Assembly: GCA_964035575.1 (NCBI GenBank)
Contig: OZ037839.1
Span: forward strand, 496,001 to 560,000
Length of the DNA: 64,000 bases
Source: Rhynchopus sp. YZ270_cl-10
Taxonomy: Eukaryota
Direction: 5' to 3'
Each line of letters begins with the position of its first letter. The first letter of the stretch is position 1. Positions 10,650 to 21,095 of this stretch are shown here, piece after piece. A program made the position numbers and the translations under genes. A model generated the notes under the pieces. It did no database searches, had not been told where the DNA came from, and was given only the letters and a program-made list of their open reading frames with translations.

Positions 10650-11378
10650 GAAGATGTCTTGACAACAAATATCCTGTACCCAGGTACCCATGTTCCCAGA
10701 CCCACGCAGTGGCACATGACCGCAAGTGTGAGTGACCCACACATGAGGGAATCGGACACTACGCAAAAGTTACCACCAGACCCTGTCTTCAAACAGCTCT
10801 GGACTCAGAGGAATGCCTGCTGTGCAGTGTATCAAACATGAGAACCAACTCCCAGCAACAAGTTCTTTTGGCGGGCGTTGTTGAGGGTGTTTGGGGTGCA
10901 AAGTTTTCCACAATTTTGATGCGCGGGTACAGAAGTGTTGTCTTGTTACTTCATCTCTAGGAATATAAATGTTGAATCGCGTTTAACTACCACTAGGGCT
11001 TGTCAGTGAACCCACGAGGGGTCGAAGGGGGTTGGTTATCCCATATCTATCAAAGTTGTGTTGACCAGGCGAATCCACTATGTTACGCTGTATGATGATA
11101 ACTCCGAAGAAATAACAGTGCATAGCAACTGTAGGAAGTTTATTAAAAAGAGTGCCTCACGCTACACAAACCACCACCCGCGATTGACTTAGATGATAAC
11201 TAGAGAATTCAGAACAAAACAACACCCTGCCCCATAAACACTAAATTGCCATGATTCAAGAGCATGCCTGGGCCAAAATTACTGTGACAAAAAAGGCAAC
11301 AGACCACCCACAAGGAGTGTGAATTGTGCACTGGTTTTCTGGGGGAACAAGCAATATTTTCTTGTGCCTAGTCCTCCG
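10650..11378. repeat. ~730-bp dispersed repeat; second copy at ~40648-41377
   Basis: Collinear direct match from gaagatgtctt..caacaaatatcctgtaccc to ttttcttgtg.ctagtcctccg, with scattered substitutions and one ~32-bp indel. Confidence 0.9.
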
Positions 11379-12079
11379 CAAAATTTTTTTGAGCAGCATT
11401 TTTTGGCCGAAAATGGGCCCCACGTATTAGCATATTTTGGGGTGTCCCGGCGGTACCACACTAACACCCACTTACGCACACTTTCACCCCATTTCACCCC
11501 ATTTCACCGAATTACATCCCCAGTTAACTTGTTAAAGCAGCTTTGCTGCGACATGGGGAGATCTGGTGTTACTGTAGATGATAGTATACGATGCTTTGGT
11601 CCATTTTTGCTTTTATTACCTCTTTGCTCTGCAAAGGTTGGAACGGGAAAGACAAAACACACCACCTTTATCAGGAATTTTTCCACAAATTTGTTTCCCC
11701 GGTGTGTTTTCCTTCCCTCGTACGTCACAATAAACGAAACCCCTCCTCACATTGTTTTTGTTGCGCTTTCAGGACCTCATCGACGGATCACTATTTGTAC
11801 ACCAGATCTCCCCCACTTTCACCCCATTACACATGAATTACAACGCCTTGGTGTCGTTGCTACAGTGTTTTGGTCTTGACTAAAGGGATGTGCGGACGAC
11901 ACCAAAAAAATTGAAATTTTTCGCGATATTTGGTGCTCCAAAAATTTGCCGGAACCGAAAATCGTGTAGTTTGGGGGTATTGAGGCCAGAAAAAATTCGT
12001 GTGAATACATAATATTCCTGATAGGGTGGCATTCGGCCAAAACATCAGCTGTTTTGGTCATTTTTGCCTTGTACAGTGC

Positions 12080-12922
12080 TGTGTACTGTGTACTGTGTAC
12101 TGTGTACTGTGTACTGTGTACTGTGTACTGTGTACTGTGTACTGTGTACTGTGTACTGTGTACTGTGTACTGTGTACTGTGTACTGTGTACTGTGTACTG
12201 TGTACTGTGTACTGTGTACTGTGTACTGTGTACTGTGTACTGTGTACTGTGTACTGTGTACTGTGTACTGTGTACTGTGTACTGTGTATTGTGTACTGTG
12301 TACCGTGTACTGTGTACTGTGTACTGTGTACTGTGTACTGTGTACTGTGTACTGTGTACTGTGTACTGTGTACTGTGTACTGTGTACTGTGTACTGTGTA
12401 CTGTGTACTGTGTACTGTGTACTGTGTACTGTGTACTGTGTACTGTGTACTGTGTATTGTGTACTGTGTACCGTGTACTGTGTACTGTGTACTGTGTACT
12501 GTGTACTGTGTACTGTGTACTGTGTACTGTGTACTGTGTACTGTGTACTGTGTACTGTGTACTGTGTACTGTGTACTGTGTGTACTGTGTACTGTGTACT
12601 GTGTACTGTGTACTGTGTACTGTGTGTACTGTGTACTGTGTGTACTGTGTACTGTGTGTACTGTGTACTGTGTACTACTGTGTACTACTGTGTACTACTG
12701 TGTACTACTGTGTACTACTGTGTACTACTGTGTACTACTGTGTACTACTGTGTACTACTGTGTACTACTGTGTACTACTGTGTACTACTGTGTACTACTG
12801 TGTACTGTAGGTACTGTAGGTACTGTAGGTACTGTAGGTACTGTAGGTACTGTAGGTACTGTAGGTACTGTAGGTACTGTAGGTACTGTAGGTACTGTAG
12901 GTACTGTAGGTACTGTAGGTAC
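12080..12922. repeat. Compound satellite: (TGTGTAC)n, then (TGTACTACTG)n, then (TACTGTAGG)n
   Basis: Directly visible 7-, 10- and 9-bp tandem units. Confidence 0.97.
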
Positions 12923-12926
12923 GGTT

Positions 12927-13068
12927 TTCGCACTTTTTCCGCACTTATTCGCACTTTTACCATGCACCACGTGACATGTACCTGTGTACCTGTGTACCTG
13001 TGTATTTGGCAAAGACAGTCAGTAAGCCTACATGCTAAAAGTGCGAACAAGTGCGGAAAAAGTGCGAA
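12927..13068. repeat. ~38-bp inverted repeat pair (ttcgcactttttccgcac...catg / catg...gtgcggaaaaagtgcgaa)
   Basis: Arms at ~12927-12964 and ~13031-13068 are near-perfect reverse complements. Confidence 0.8.
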
Positions 13069-14429
13069 TAGGTGCGGAAAAAGTGCGAGAAAGTGCGGAA
13101 AAGTGCGAATCAGACCCCTTCAGCCACACCAAAAAAGTTTAAATTCCCTCCATTACACCCCATTACGCCCCATTACACATGAATTACGCCGTGCCCGGGA
13201 CACCCCAATTTTTTTTGCACCCTCTTTCAAAATTTGGCCGGACAGACCTCAGATTTAGGATATGCCCTGAACTCTTGACAAAAACATCCAAAAAAACAAC
13301 GAATTGCTAAGAAAAGTAACCGGGGTATGCTGTGGAAAACCTCAGTCCGCCGGGCGGACTCGGGGTCTGGCCAAAAGGGTCCGGCCACTCCACCGTGTGG
13401 ATTTTGTGTGTGATTGGTATCCTTGAACAGGGAATAGCTAATGGAATTGCAACCTCTGTCGCGGTGTCGCGACGACTGCTCTGCAAGTCGCCACCAGATC
13501 CACTTTTATGAAAATAAGTGTAGGGGAGGACCTCTGGTTTACGAAATCGTAGGCACTTCTGAGCAAATGAAGTCGGTTTTTGACACAAAATCGGGGTGGG
13601 TGGGCCATAATTTGCTCCAAATATGACCAGTCGAAAATTGGGATTTTTCTGAAATTTGCATTGTGCCCAGCAAAAATCCTCGTTTTTTTTGAAGAATTTT
13701 CCAAAAAATATGCTATACCCCCTATGACTGGACCCAACTCCCCTCACTATTTTTTGCCTAAAAAAGCCCCAAAAATCCTGCAGTTTTTTCAGGTTTTTCC
13801 AATTTTACGACATTTAGCGGACCCCCCTAAACCCCTTTTGTTCTAGGTGATATGATGTGGCAGAGGAGAGAGGGAGAAGGACGTGAAATTCGTAGCTCGC
13901 ACACAGCTGCTTTTTAGGTTTCCTGAGGTGTGTTCATAATATCCCCCCGAAAAAGAAGAAATTTGTAGGTTTTTTTTTGTGTATTCTCTCTGGTGGTGTG
14001 TGTTGCGGTTGAATTGTATTGGTTTAACATTATTGAGGACGTTGGGGGGAAAAAAATAGGGAATTTTTTTCTTCTTAAAACGTTACGTGTTGTGTACAAC
14101 ACATTAATCAAACATAGAACAGACTAACCACTTTCCTCCCCCCCCCCCGATGCGGGTAGTTCCCAAAAACGACAACCCAAATGAGAGATCATATGCCGAC
14201 CCTCATTTTGAGTAACAACCCTAGGGCTGTCTTCTCGTCACCTCGCATGCAATTAGCCCAAATTACAACCCCAAAAAAAGAAGGATTTTCATTTGAACTA
14301 CCGCACCGTGCACTCCTTTTAGAGGGTGATGCTTTTCCCCCTTCTTTTTTGTGATAAATTGTTTGGAGTAAGTGTAGTTTGCCTCGGTTGTGTTGCCACA
14401 GTTTGTGCAATCTCCACTGTCCTTTTTTT

Positions 14430-16262
14430 CTATCTCCCTAACACAAACCGCTCAACAATCCATTCCGGCGGTTGGTCTCCATTAGCCGCCTCCTCCCCAC
14501 TGTCTCCGTCATCCCCTCCGGTGTTCTCTTCTGACTCCCCTCTTGAACCCGCATAGAGTTGTTCCGGCATAATTCCTTTTGCACGACAGTCTTGCTCAAG
14601 CTCGGTAATCTCTTGTACCAAGGCAAGCCTCTGGCGGACCCGGTGGCGGGCCTCATCGATATCGGGTCCTACGACGTGAAGATGGAAGGTGGTGAGGATT
14701 TGCAATTCTCTTGTGGCCTCGTAGATTGGTTCTAGTGTGTGGATGCTGTGCACCGCATAGGGGAACCACCGCACCAACGCTACTGCAAACCGATACGGCA
14801 CGTCTGCGCAAGCATCCACCTCCGTCTCCTCTTCCTCAGACCACACCTCCCTCTGTGCCACACGGTACACCAACATCCCTTTCGCATAGGTCCCTACCAT
14901 AAGCTCTGTAATCCCATCCCCCGTTGAGTCGCTCGCATGCGCACACAATGCACCGGTTCCTAATAGACCGCCGTCGTTGTGGATGTCACCTCGTTGATTT
15001 GCCTTGAGACTTGAATCAAGATTCCAAACAGGAGATGGAGAAGGATCAGACGCATGAAGGGTTTGAGTCGAAGAGGAATGCCGGAGGTGCTGTTGTGTTG
15101 GGGTCGGAAAGTCCCGAGAAACCCCTTTATCTGATGCGTCAAGACGATCTGCGCGGGGTGAGGTTGGCGTCTGAGTCAAAGGAGACATACACTCCTGAGC
15201 TGAAATCACGCCTTCATGATCCAACGTCCCAACAGGCAACGCTTCGCATTTTTGCAACCCAAACCGTTCTACATCCCAAAATATCAACACCCTCCCCAAG
15301 GCTTCAACCACCATCAAATTGTACGCATACAAAAACCCCCTGCTTGATTCAGTCCCGCTGAAACCTTCGGCACGACGAAGAATCGCAGTTAATTCGTCAC
15401 CTAAACTTCCCTTTTCTCTCTTCTGCGCTAAGGTGAAGAAGTGAACGGCAGAGAGCGGGCCGTTCAGGAGCCGTGCACCCTGTTTCCCATCTGATTGGTC
15501 GTGCGTTACTACCCAGAGTTGCAGCCAGCCGTCCTGCGTTCCGGTGGCCCACAAATCGAGGTTTCGTTTGATCACATAGTCCATAGTGAGTACCACAGAG
15601 CGGACAGCCGTGAGGTGCCGTAGAAAGCCGATCTGCCCTATACTCGCGGGCACCGAGATATCGTGGAAGGAGGTGTAATAGTTATTCCTCGTCAGCACCC
15701 AGGGGTGGATGCTCCCGTCGCTTCCAGAAATGAGGAACACATTGTGCGCCTGGAGCTCATCCTGATAGACCTTGAGGGCTACAGGCTGCCAATCGATTGT
15801 TTCGCTTTTCATGACGTTTCCACTATAGTCACGCTCAGAGGTTAACGTTGTACGGTCAAATTGGATGACAGTGAGGGTCGGCTTGCGTTCACATTGGTGG
15901 GTCTGCATTGATGCGACGAGAAGCCAGATGTCATCCGGGGCGGTGCTGAACAACGTAGCACAAATCCCCAAAATCTGCTGATTTTTCTGCCCAAACTGCA
16001 CCGGACGCCAGTCATATTGACACGCCGGCTCGGTCCCATCACCTCTCGTCTGCGGGAGAAGAACGTAAATAGTACTACACCCCGCAACAAATGACAGATG
16101 CGGCCTATCCTCCGAAGCCTCCACCGATGCATAGGAGTTAACACAGGAAGGGTTCGCCTGCCCAAGATGGAACAACGATATACTCGACAAATCTGAAGAT
16201 GACGCCTCAAGAAACGGCCCTGCAGAAGTGTCCACCCCAGGGGTGAAAGGGGGAGATGGCAT
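14430..16262 (-). CDS. KPTN: Kaptin-like protein (KICSTOR subunit family)
   Basis: 610-aa ORF. Motifs GPLSAVHFF, DSTGDGITELMVGTYAKGMLVY and RWFPYAVHSIH...ELQILTTFHLHV resemble the kaptin C-terminal FG-GAP-like region (recalled, not searched). Confidence 0.65.
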   Translation of the reverse strand: MPSPPFTPGVDTSAGPFLEASSSDLSSISLFHLGQANPSCVNSYASVEASEDRPHLSFVAGCSTIYVLLPQTRGDGTEPACQYDWRPVQFGQKNQQILGICATLFSTAPDDIWLLVASMQTHQCERKPTLTVIQFDRTTLTSERDYSGNVMKSETIDWQPVALKVYQDELQAHNVFLISGSDGSIHPWVLTRNNYYTSFHDISVPASIGQIGFLRHLTAVRSVVLTMDYVIKRNLDLWATGTQDGWLQLWVVTHDQSDGKQGARLLNGPLSAVHFFTLAQKREKGSLGDELTAILRRAEGFSGTESSRGFLYAYNLMVVEALGRVLIFWDVERFGLQKCEALPVGTLDHEGVISAQECMSPLTQTPTSPRADRLDASDKGVSRDFPTPTQQHLRHSSSTQTLHASDPSPSPVWNLDSSLKANQRGDIHNDGGLLGTGALCAHASDSTGDGITELMVGTYAKGMLVYRVAQREVWSEEEETEVDACADVPYRFAVALVRWFPYAVHSIHTLEPIYEATRELQILTTFHLHVVGPDIDEARHRVRQRLALVQEITELEQDCRAKGIMPEQLYAGSRGESEENTGGDDGDSGEEAANGDQPPEWIVERFVLGR

Positions 16263-16653
16263 TGTGTGTGTTGCTGTTTTTTTAGGAAGTTTTTTAGTGG
16301 GGGGGAAGGGAGAGGCTGAAGGGGGGGGGGGAAATGGAGCTCCTAATTTTTAGATAATTTCACAGAAAGGTACAAATACAAAAAAAAGAGGAGAGAGAAG
16401 TTGAAAATGTGCAAAAAATCCTCACCGTTTTTCATAGGCGGGGATGGTGAGGGATGGGTCAGATTTCGTCATAACCCAACTTTTGTAAAAATTTAACAAT
16501 CTGTTTTCCTTGCTCCCGCACCTTGCTGCACGACGGTGAAGTAAATCTGTCTTGATTTGTGGTCTCACCGTTGCGAGCCGACGGTGAAACCATAGGTAAA
16601 ACCACAATGCCACCAAAGCTAACGCATTTCCTTCACCGTTTGTGTGGTACAGA

Positions 16654-18867
16654 TCATACTGGGAGAGTAACCTGGCTCAAGACCACCGGATCTGAGGTGT
16701 CATTCCCTGGAGGAAAATAGTTCACGACAACATAGGCCCGCGACCCCGCCCATGCAATGCCACATCCCATACTGCGGGTCGCCTTCCAGACCATCTGCGT
16801 GAAGTGCCCTGCCCCGTTCCGGAGACCGAGCAGACCTGGGCTGCTTTCGTACACCCCCTTCTCTGCGTACCAGGTGTCGCACGCGATCTCTGCAATCCGC
16901 CGCGCGTTGAAGGTCGTCAATGTGCCCGACATGAATGTGTTCTGCCCCTCCCCGTCGTTGTTGCCATGCGTCACACCAATCAGCCGCGCACACACCTCCG
17001 CCTGCTTTTGCGCATGCAACGCTAAATTCAAGCTATATGCCAACGGCTGCGCTCTGTGCTCGCCCCTCCTCTTATTATGAAGCGCTACCACAAAAGCCTG
17101 AAACGCATCTGGCTCGCGGGGTGGCGTATACACCCTTGCCGGAGCAGGCTGATGCGTTGCGTTAAGATTCGCTTCATTCTGTTCACGCTGTTTAAAACGC
17201 TGCCAGGAACCCACATTACGACGTTTTCCGCATGCTGCACAGTCCGTCGTATCGGCGGTATTCGCTTTATAATCACAATCAAAGCAAATCCAAACCCCCT
17301 CTGTATCAAATCCTTGGGACGTTGCAACTGAAGACGGACTCCCCCCTGTTGGCGCGGTCCGCACCGTATCCTCCATCTCCTCTGATTCTGAGAATACCAA
17401 TCCTGCCTCTCGATTTAACAGCGCTAATGCGTCATGCGTCGGTAATACGACATCATCCTGCTCGGAACGCGATCCAGGTGAAACCGACATCGTCGCGGCT
17501 AGAGAATCCGCACGCTGTCGCGACCTAGCGTTTTGCAGCCCCGCAGACAGCGTGGCGGCATGCCACGAAGGGAGGCCACGGTCATCTGCAGCAGGGATCT
17601 GCCTCTGTCGTGGCACCGCATGCGTCAAATCCTCCGCACTGCACGACACCTCCGTCCCGTCGGGCAGCTGGATGATATACACAACGGGGGCCACCTCCAC
17701 CACAAATATAACCGTCGCCTGATGTGGCACCCCACGAATCGCAAACATCACGGCATCCCCTTTATTATACTCCGTACGAAGCACCGGGCTTGAAGGGAAC
17801 GACCCTCCTAGACGTGCAAGGTGCGGAGACGTCGCACGGCACCCTTGAGGACGGCCACGTCGTGCAGCGATATACTCCGTTGCGACGGGAAGTGCGTCGC
17901 TCCAGCCCCGTTTGATTTGGTGGTGTACATCCGCCTGGAGCACCCCCAATGAAAGAAGCGCTGGGGAGAGCTGGTGGATGAGCTCCGCCTTGTCAGGGAT
18001 AGGGGGGTGCGGTGCTTCGCGGGGTGCGATTCCTTGGGCTGCGTAAGAGTGATCATAGGAGAAGTGCAGAGAGGCGTCGTCGGTGCGTTTGGGGCGGGGG
18101 GTGTTCTGCTCGCAGCCGCAGACCGCGCAGAGGGAAAAGACTGCGGCATTCATGACGTTATGACAGAGCGTGCAGGTCCACCACTTTGGGCCGGTTCCAA
18201 ATAAGGTGTCGAGCATGGAAGATGCTGAGAGGTTTTCGCGGTATTGTTCTAGTAGGTAGTTGCGTAGCGCTTCTTTGCGGCCAGAGTAGCGTTCCACTAG
18301 CCAGTCTACGTCGCATGCTTGCTTAGCGTCGTGTGTGGCAAAGAATTCTGCGAGGATCCAACGAAGCCTCTCGGCAGCAGGGTCGAGGTCACCTTCGCGT
18401 GTCCAGACGTCGCCATCTTGGAAGTGGAGTGTCGCGTCTGTGAGTGTCGCGAGCTGGGAGAAGACGTTCATGCCTTCGCCCTGCGCGGTGCCGCATGTAG
18501 GTGACCAAGACGCGTTCGGGCATAGTACAGAGACCGTTCTCCCCTTCTGAGCTATGCTTAGCACACCATGTGCCGTGGAGTTCCAGCGTCCCTGAAGCCA
18601 TACGATACCGCGTTTGCGCGCGGCTGCCGTAACAGAGCAGGCGGCAGACGCAGACTCCGCCCCGCAGCACATATGATAGCGGCGGCCGCTGTCGCACAGT
18701 GCGCAGGCAGTGTAGCCATACTTCGGTCGTGCGACAATCCCAAATGCGCTGCAGCCGTGGTCGTTGCTGCATGGGTGGTGGTGTGGGGGGGAGGTGTCGG
18801 TGGTGCGCAGCTTCTCCTTCAATGCGGGTCGCACGGCATTGTCTGGAGGAGGGTTGACGCTGGTCAT
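16654..18867 (-). CDS. Multidomain protein with two RanBP2-type zinc fingers and a C-terminal CAP/SCP (PR-1-like) domain
   Basis: WTCTLC..N......CAVC and WICFDC...N......CAAC. CAP signatures LHNKRRGEH, EGQN, GHFTQMVWKAT..MGCG, VVNYFPPGN. Likely start MTSVN at 18867. Confidence 0.85.
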   Translation of the reverse strand: MTSVNPPPDNAVRPALKEKLRTTDTSPPHHHPCSNDHGCSAFGIVARPKYGYTACALCDSGRRYHMCCGAESASAACSVTAAARKRGIVWLQGRWNSTAHGVLSIAQKGRTVSVLCPNASWSPTCGTAQGEGMNVFSQLATLTDATLHFQDGDVWTREGDLDPAAERLRWILAEFFATHDAKQACDVDWLVERYSGRKEALRNYLLEQYRENLSASSMLDTLFGTGPKWWTCTLCHNVMNAAVFSLCAVCGCEQNTPRPKRTDDASLHFSYDHSYAAQGIAPREAPHPPIPDKAELIHQLSPALLSLGVLQADVHHQIKRGWSDALPVATEYIAARRGRPQGCRATSPHLARLGGSFPSSPVLRTEYNKGDAVMFAIRGVPHQATVIFVVEVAPVVYIIQLPDGTEVSCSAEDLTHAVPRQRQIPAADDRGLPSWHAATLSAGLQNARSRQRADSLAATMSVSPGSRSEQDDVVLPTHDALALLNREAGLVFSESEEMEDTVRTAPTGGSPSSVATSQGFDTEGVWICFDCDYKANTADTTDCAACGKRRNVGSWQRFKQREQNEANLNATHQPAPARVYTPPREPDAFQAFVVALHNKRRGEHRAQPLAYSLNLALHAQKQAEVCARLIGVTHGNNDGEGQNTFMSGTLTTFNARRIAEIACDTWYAEKGVYESSPGLLGLRNGAGHFTQMVWKATRSMGCGIAWAGSRAYVVVNYFPPGNDTSDPVVLSQVTLPV

Positions 18868-19592
18868 TTGTCTGGTAGTGGTGGTGTAAGGGGAGGGAGG
18901 ATGAGCGGCCAATGTCTCGAGGAATAAGAGAAAATAAAAAAGCATTTCAGTTTTCAGTGTGATGGTCACAATCGAAGAAAGACAACAAATCACAATCTCC
19001 ATCTCGCAACTCGCGGCGTCGGAAAAAGAGAAGTTGAAAGTGCAAGGGTCTCACCGGACAACTGGCGGACGCAGGCACTGCAAAATATAAAAGACTACTC
19101 GGCCCTTGTGGAAACAAGAGGCGGGTGATTTTTTTAGTTTATTTGTTGGCTTTTTTGTTGGGAATAAATGAGCCAAAATGACGAGAGAAAACATCACACT
19201 CTCCAATAATGAAGACATTCTTTTGTCGAATGCCTTTTCGCAGAAGTTCGTCTTCCCCGCGAATCGAAAGAAATTTCACCTCTGACGTTGCGGCCGTCTC
19301 AGTACCAGATGGTCCGCTTCGCTCCTCGTGGTCGCTCGCCAACCTATATTGTTTTGGGTGTTGTTGGTGCCCCAAAATAGCAGAAAATAGCAGCTCCCTT
19401 CAGCCGCACCAAAAAATCCAGATGCCCAGAATAGCAGAAAATAGCAGAAAATAGCGCAAAATAGCGCAAAATAGCACCGCTCTTCAGCCACACCAAAGGT
19501 GTTGATTTTTTTTTTTTGTGGTGCGTTATTATTACAGAAGATTCTTGTAGTGATACAGCCTGCCAATAGGACACCTGTCATCCGTAAGTGGA

Positions 19593-21095
19593 CTAAAATT
19601 CCGCATATTTTGCGATAAACTGATTTGAACACAAAGACACACGACATATCCACCCTACCCTGATACATACCTTCCCAAGTGAGGAGAGCCGCTTCCCCTC
19701 GACGTCCTCGGTCCCCATGATCACCATGCGTCGGTGTATCTCCTTCATGTCTTCGTTGTGCCGCCGCTCGGTTTCGCGCTTCTTTTGCGTCCACCCCATC
19801 ACATCCGGGCAGGTACTGCTGTCGCCGTGTTTGTACTGCGTCTTTCGGGTCAGCTTTGCGGCCGCATAATGTCCAGGACCAGGTATGGAACATTCCTTGG
19901 GGCGAGGCGGGAATCGATCACAACGCGCAAACGTTGAGGAAGCCGGTTTCCGTGCAGTATCATAGGCACTCTCATACGCGCACGGCCCCGGCCCTGCAGG
20001 GTTCGTCTGTGGTAGTGGTGTGGCAATGCTATAGGACGGGCCGCACTGCCCCCCCTCAACCTGGTAAGCACCAGGCCCTGGCTGGCCCTGTCCTTCAACT
20101 TGGTATTGCGCTTCCCTGCCGCTTCCGGGCTTCTTTTTGCGTGCACCTTTTTTATCATCAAAATAGCGGCGAAGCTCGCCTTCATATGCATTCGCATTAG
20201 GCTGTGGTCCAAAGGAATATGCTGGGGCACTGCGTTTCACTGCTGTTTCCGTGACTGCGTACCGTTGAGGGCCTGGTGCATCAGATTGTTGTGCAAAAAC
20301 GGTGTCTCGCTGTGTTTTTCTACCAAACGCACCGCTAGCAAGGGTAGCCCCTGAAGACGTGAGGACCTCTTGAGGTTGCCCACTGCGGGACACTATGCGG
20401 ATCCCATTTGGGGTTTTTTCATCAGCGCATATGGTCTGTCTTGCTGCGGGAAGTGTTGGGGTCGTTGTTGGCGTGTTTTCAAGAAACTGAAAATACGTCT
20501 GCCTCGCCTTCGGAGGGAGACGTACCCCTTTCTTCTGAATGGAACGTATGGAGTAAACAGGCCCCGGCGATCGAGCGAGGGGTTCTGGAAACCGCGCCGC
20601 AGTTCTTCGTTGTGGTGCGTGTGCGGATTCGTCGGCTATACCCTTTAAAGTGTATTGTTGAGGTGCCGGCATGTCAGAATGACGTTCCGCACTGCGTTCC
20701 GTTCGAGAAAACGTTCCCACCGTCAGCCTCGGTGGGGAGCAGTCGACGCCAGCATAGCTGTGGACCCCTCCCCCCTCAGGGCAGGGGAACCTCTTGCCGT
20801 GTCCAAAGACGGTGCGGCTGCTCAAGGAACGGTTCGGGCAGTCTTCCCCAAGGGTTCCAGGGAGGGAGTACGTTGCGGGGCCTGGTACATCGTTAGCTAG
20901 GTCCGCAGTGCGTCCTTTGGACCAGGTTGGTGTGCCAAATGAACGGCGTTTGTCGTCCGCCAGACCTTCGATGGTGGCGTAGCTGCCGGGTCCTGGAAAG
21001 TTTTCGCGTGTGGTGCAGTAGGTATATCGAAGACGTTCTGATTCGGAAAGAAGCGCAGGTGGGTGTAGAAGCGAGGTAGGTACGTTGTCTGCCAT
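19593..21095 (-). CDS. SHIPPO-repeat (ODF3/STPG-like) flagellar protein
   Basis: 500-aa ORF with many PGP(G/A)xY motifs (PGPGSY, PGPATY, PGPVY, PGPGAY, PGPGHY). Confidence 0.8.
   Translation of the reverse strand: MADNVPTSLLHPPALLSESERLRYTYCTTRENFPGPGSYATIEGLADDKRRSFGTPTWSKGRTADLANDVPGPATYSLPGTLGEDCPNRSLSSRTVFGHGKRFPCPEGGGVHSYAGVDCSPPRLTVGTFSRTERSAERHSDMPAPQQYTLKGIADESAHAPQRRTAARFPEPLARSPGPVYSIRSIQKKGVRLPPKARQTYFQFLENTPTTTPTLPAARQTICADEKTPNGIRIVSRSGQPQEVLTSSGATLASGAFGRKTQRDTVFAQQSDAPGPQRYAVTETAVKRSAPAYSFGPQPNANAYEGELRRYFDDKKGARKKKPGSGREAQYQVEGQGQPGPGAYQVEGGQCGPSYSIATPLPQTNPAGPGPCAYESAYDTARKPASSTFARCDRFPPRPKECSIPGPGHYAAAKLTRKTQYKHGDSSTCPDVMGWTQKKRETERRHNEDMKEIHRRMVIMGTEDVEGKRLSSLGKVCIRVGWICRVSLCSNQFIAKYAEF

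Larger units (their letters stand above)
9929..13827. mobile_element. Putative 3.9-kb non-autonomous TIR element (GGGGGGTCCG ends, TAA duplication) with nested repeats
   Basis: taa|GGGGGGTCCG at 9929 and CGGACCCCCC|taa at 13827. Internal segments ~10040-10270 and ~13529-13750 are homologous, in the same orientation, to the 61849-63437 element. Confidence 0.6.

Noticed and set aside
12026..13258. Long Cys/Val/Tyr/Thr ORFs in three frames
   Set aside because: Artefact of stop-free microsatellite units.
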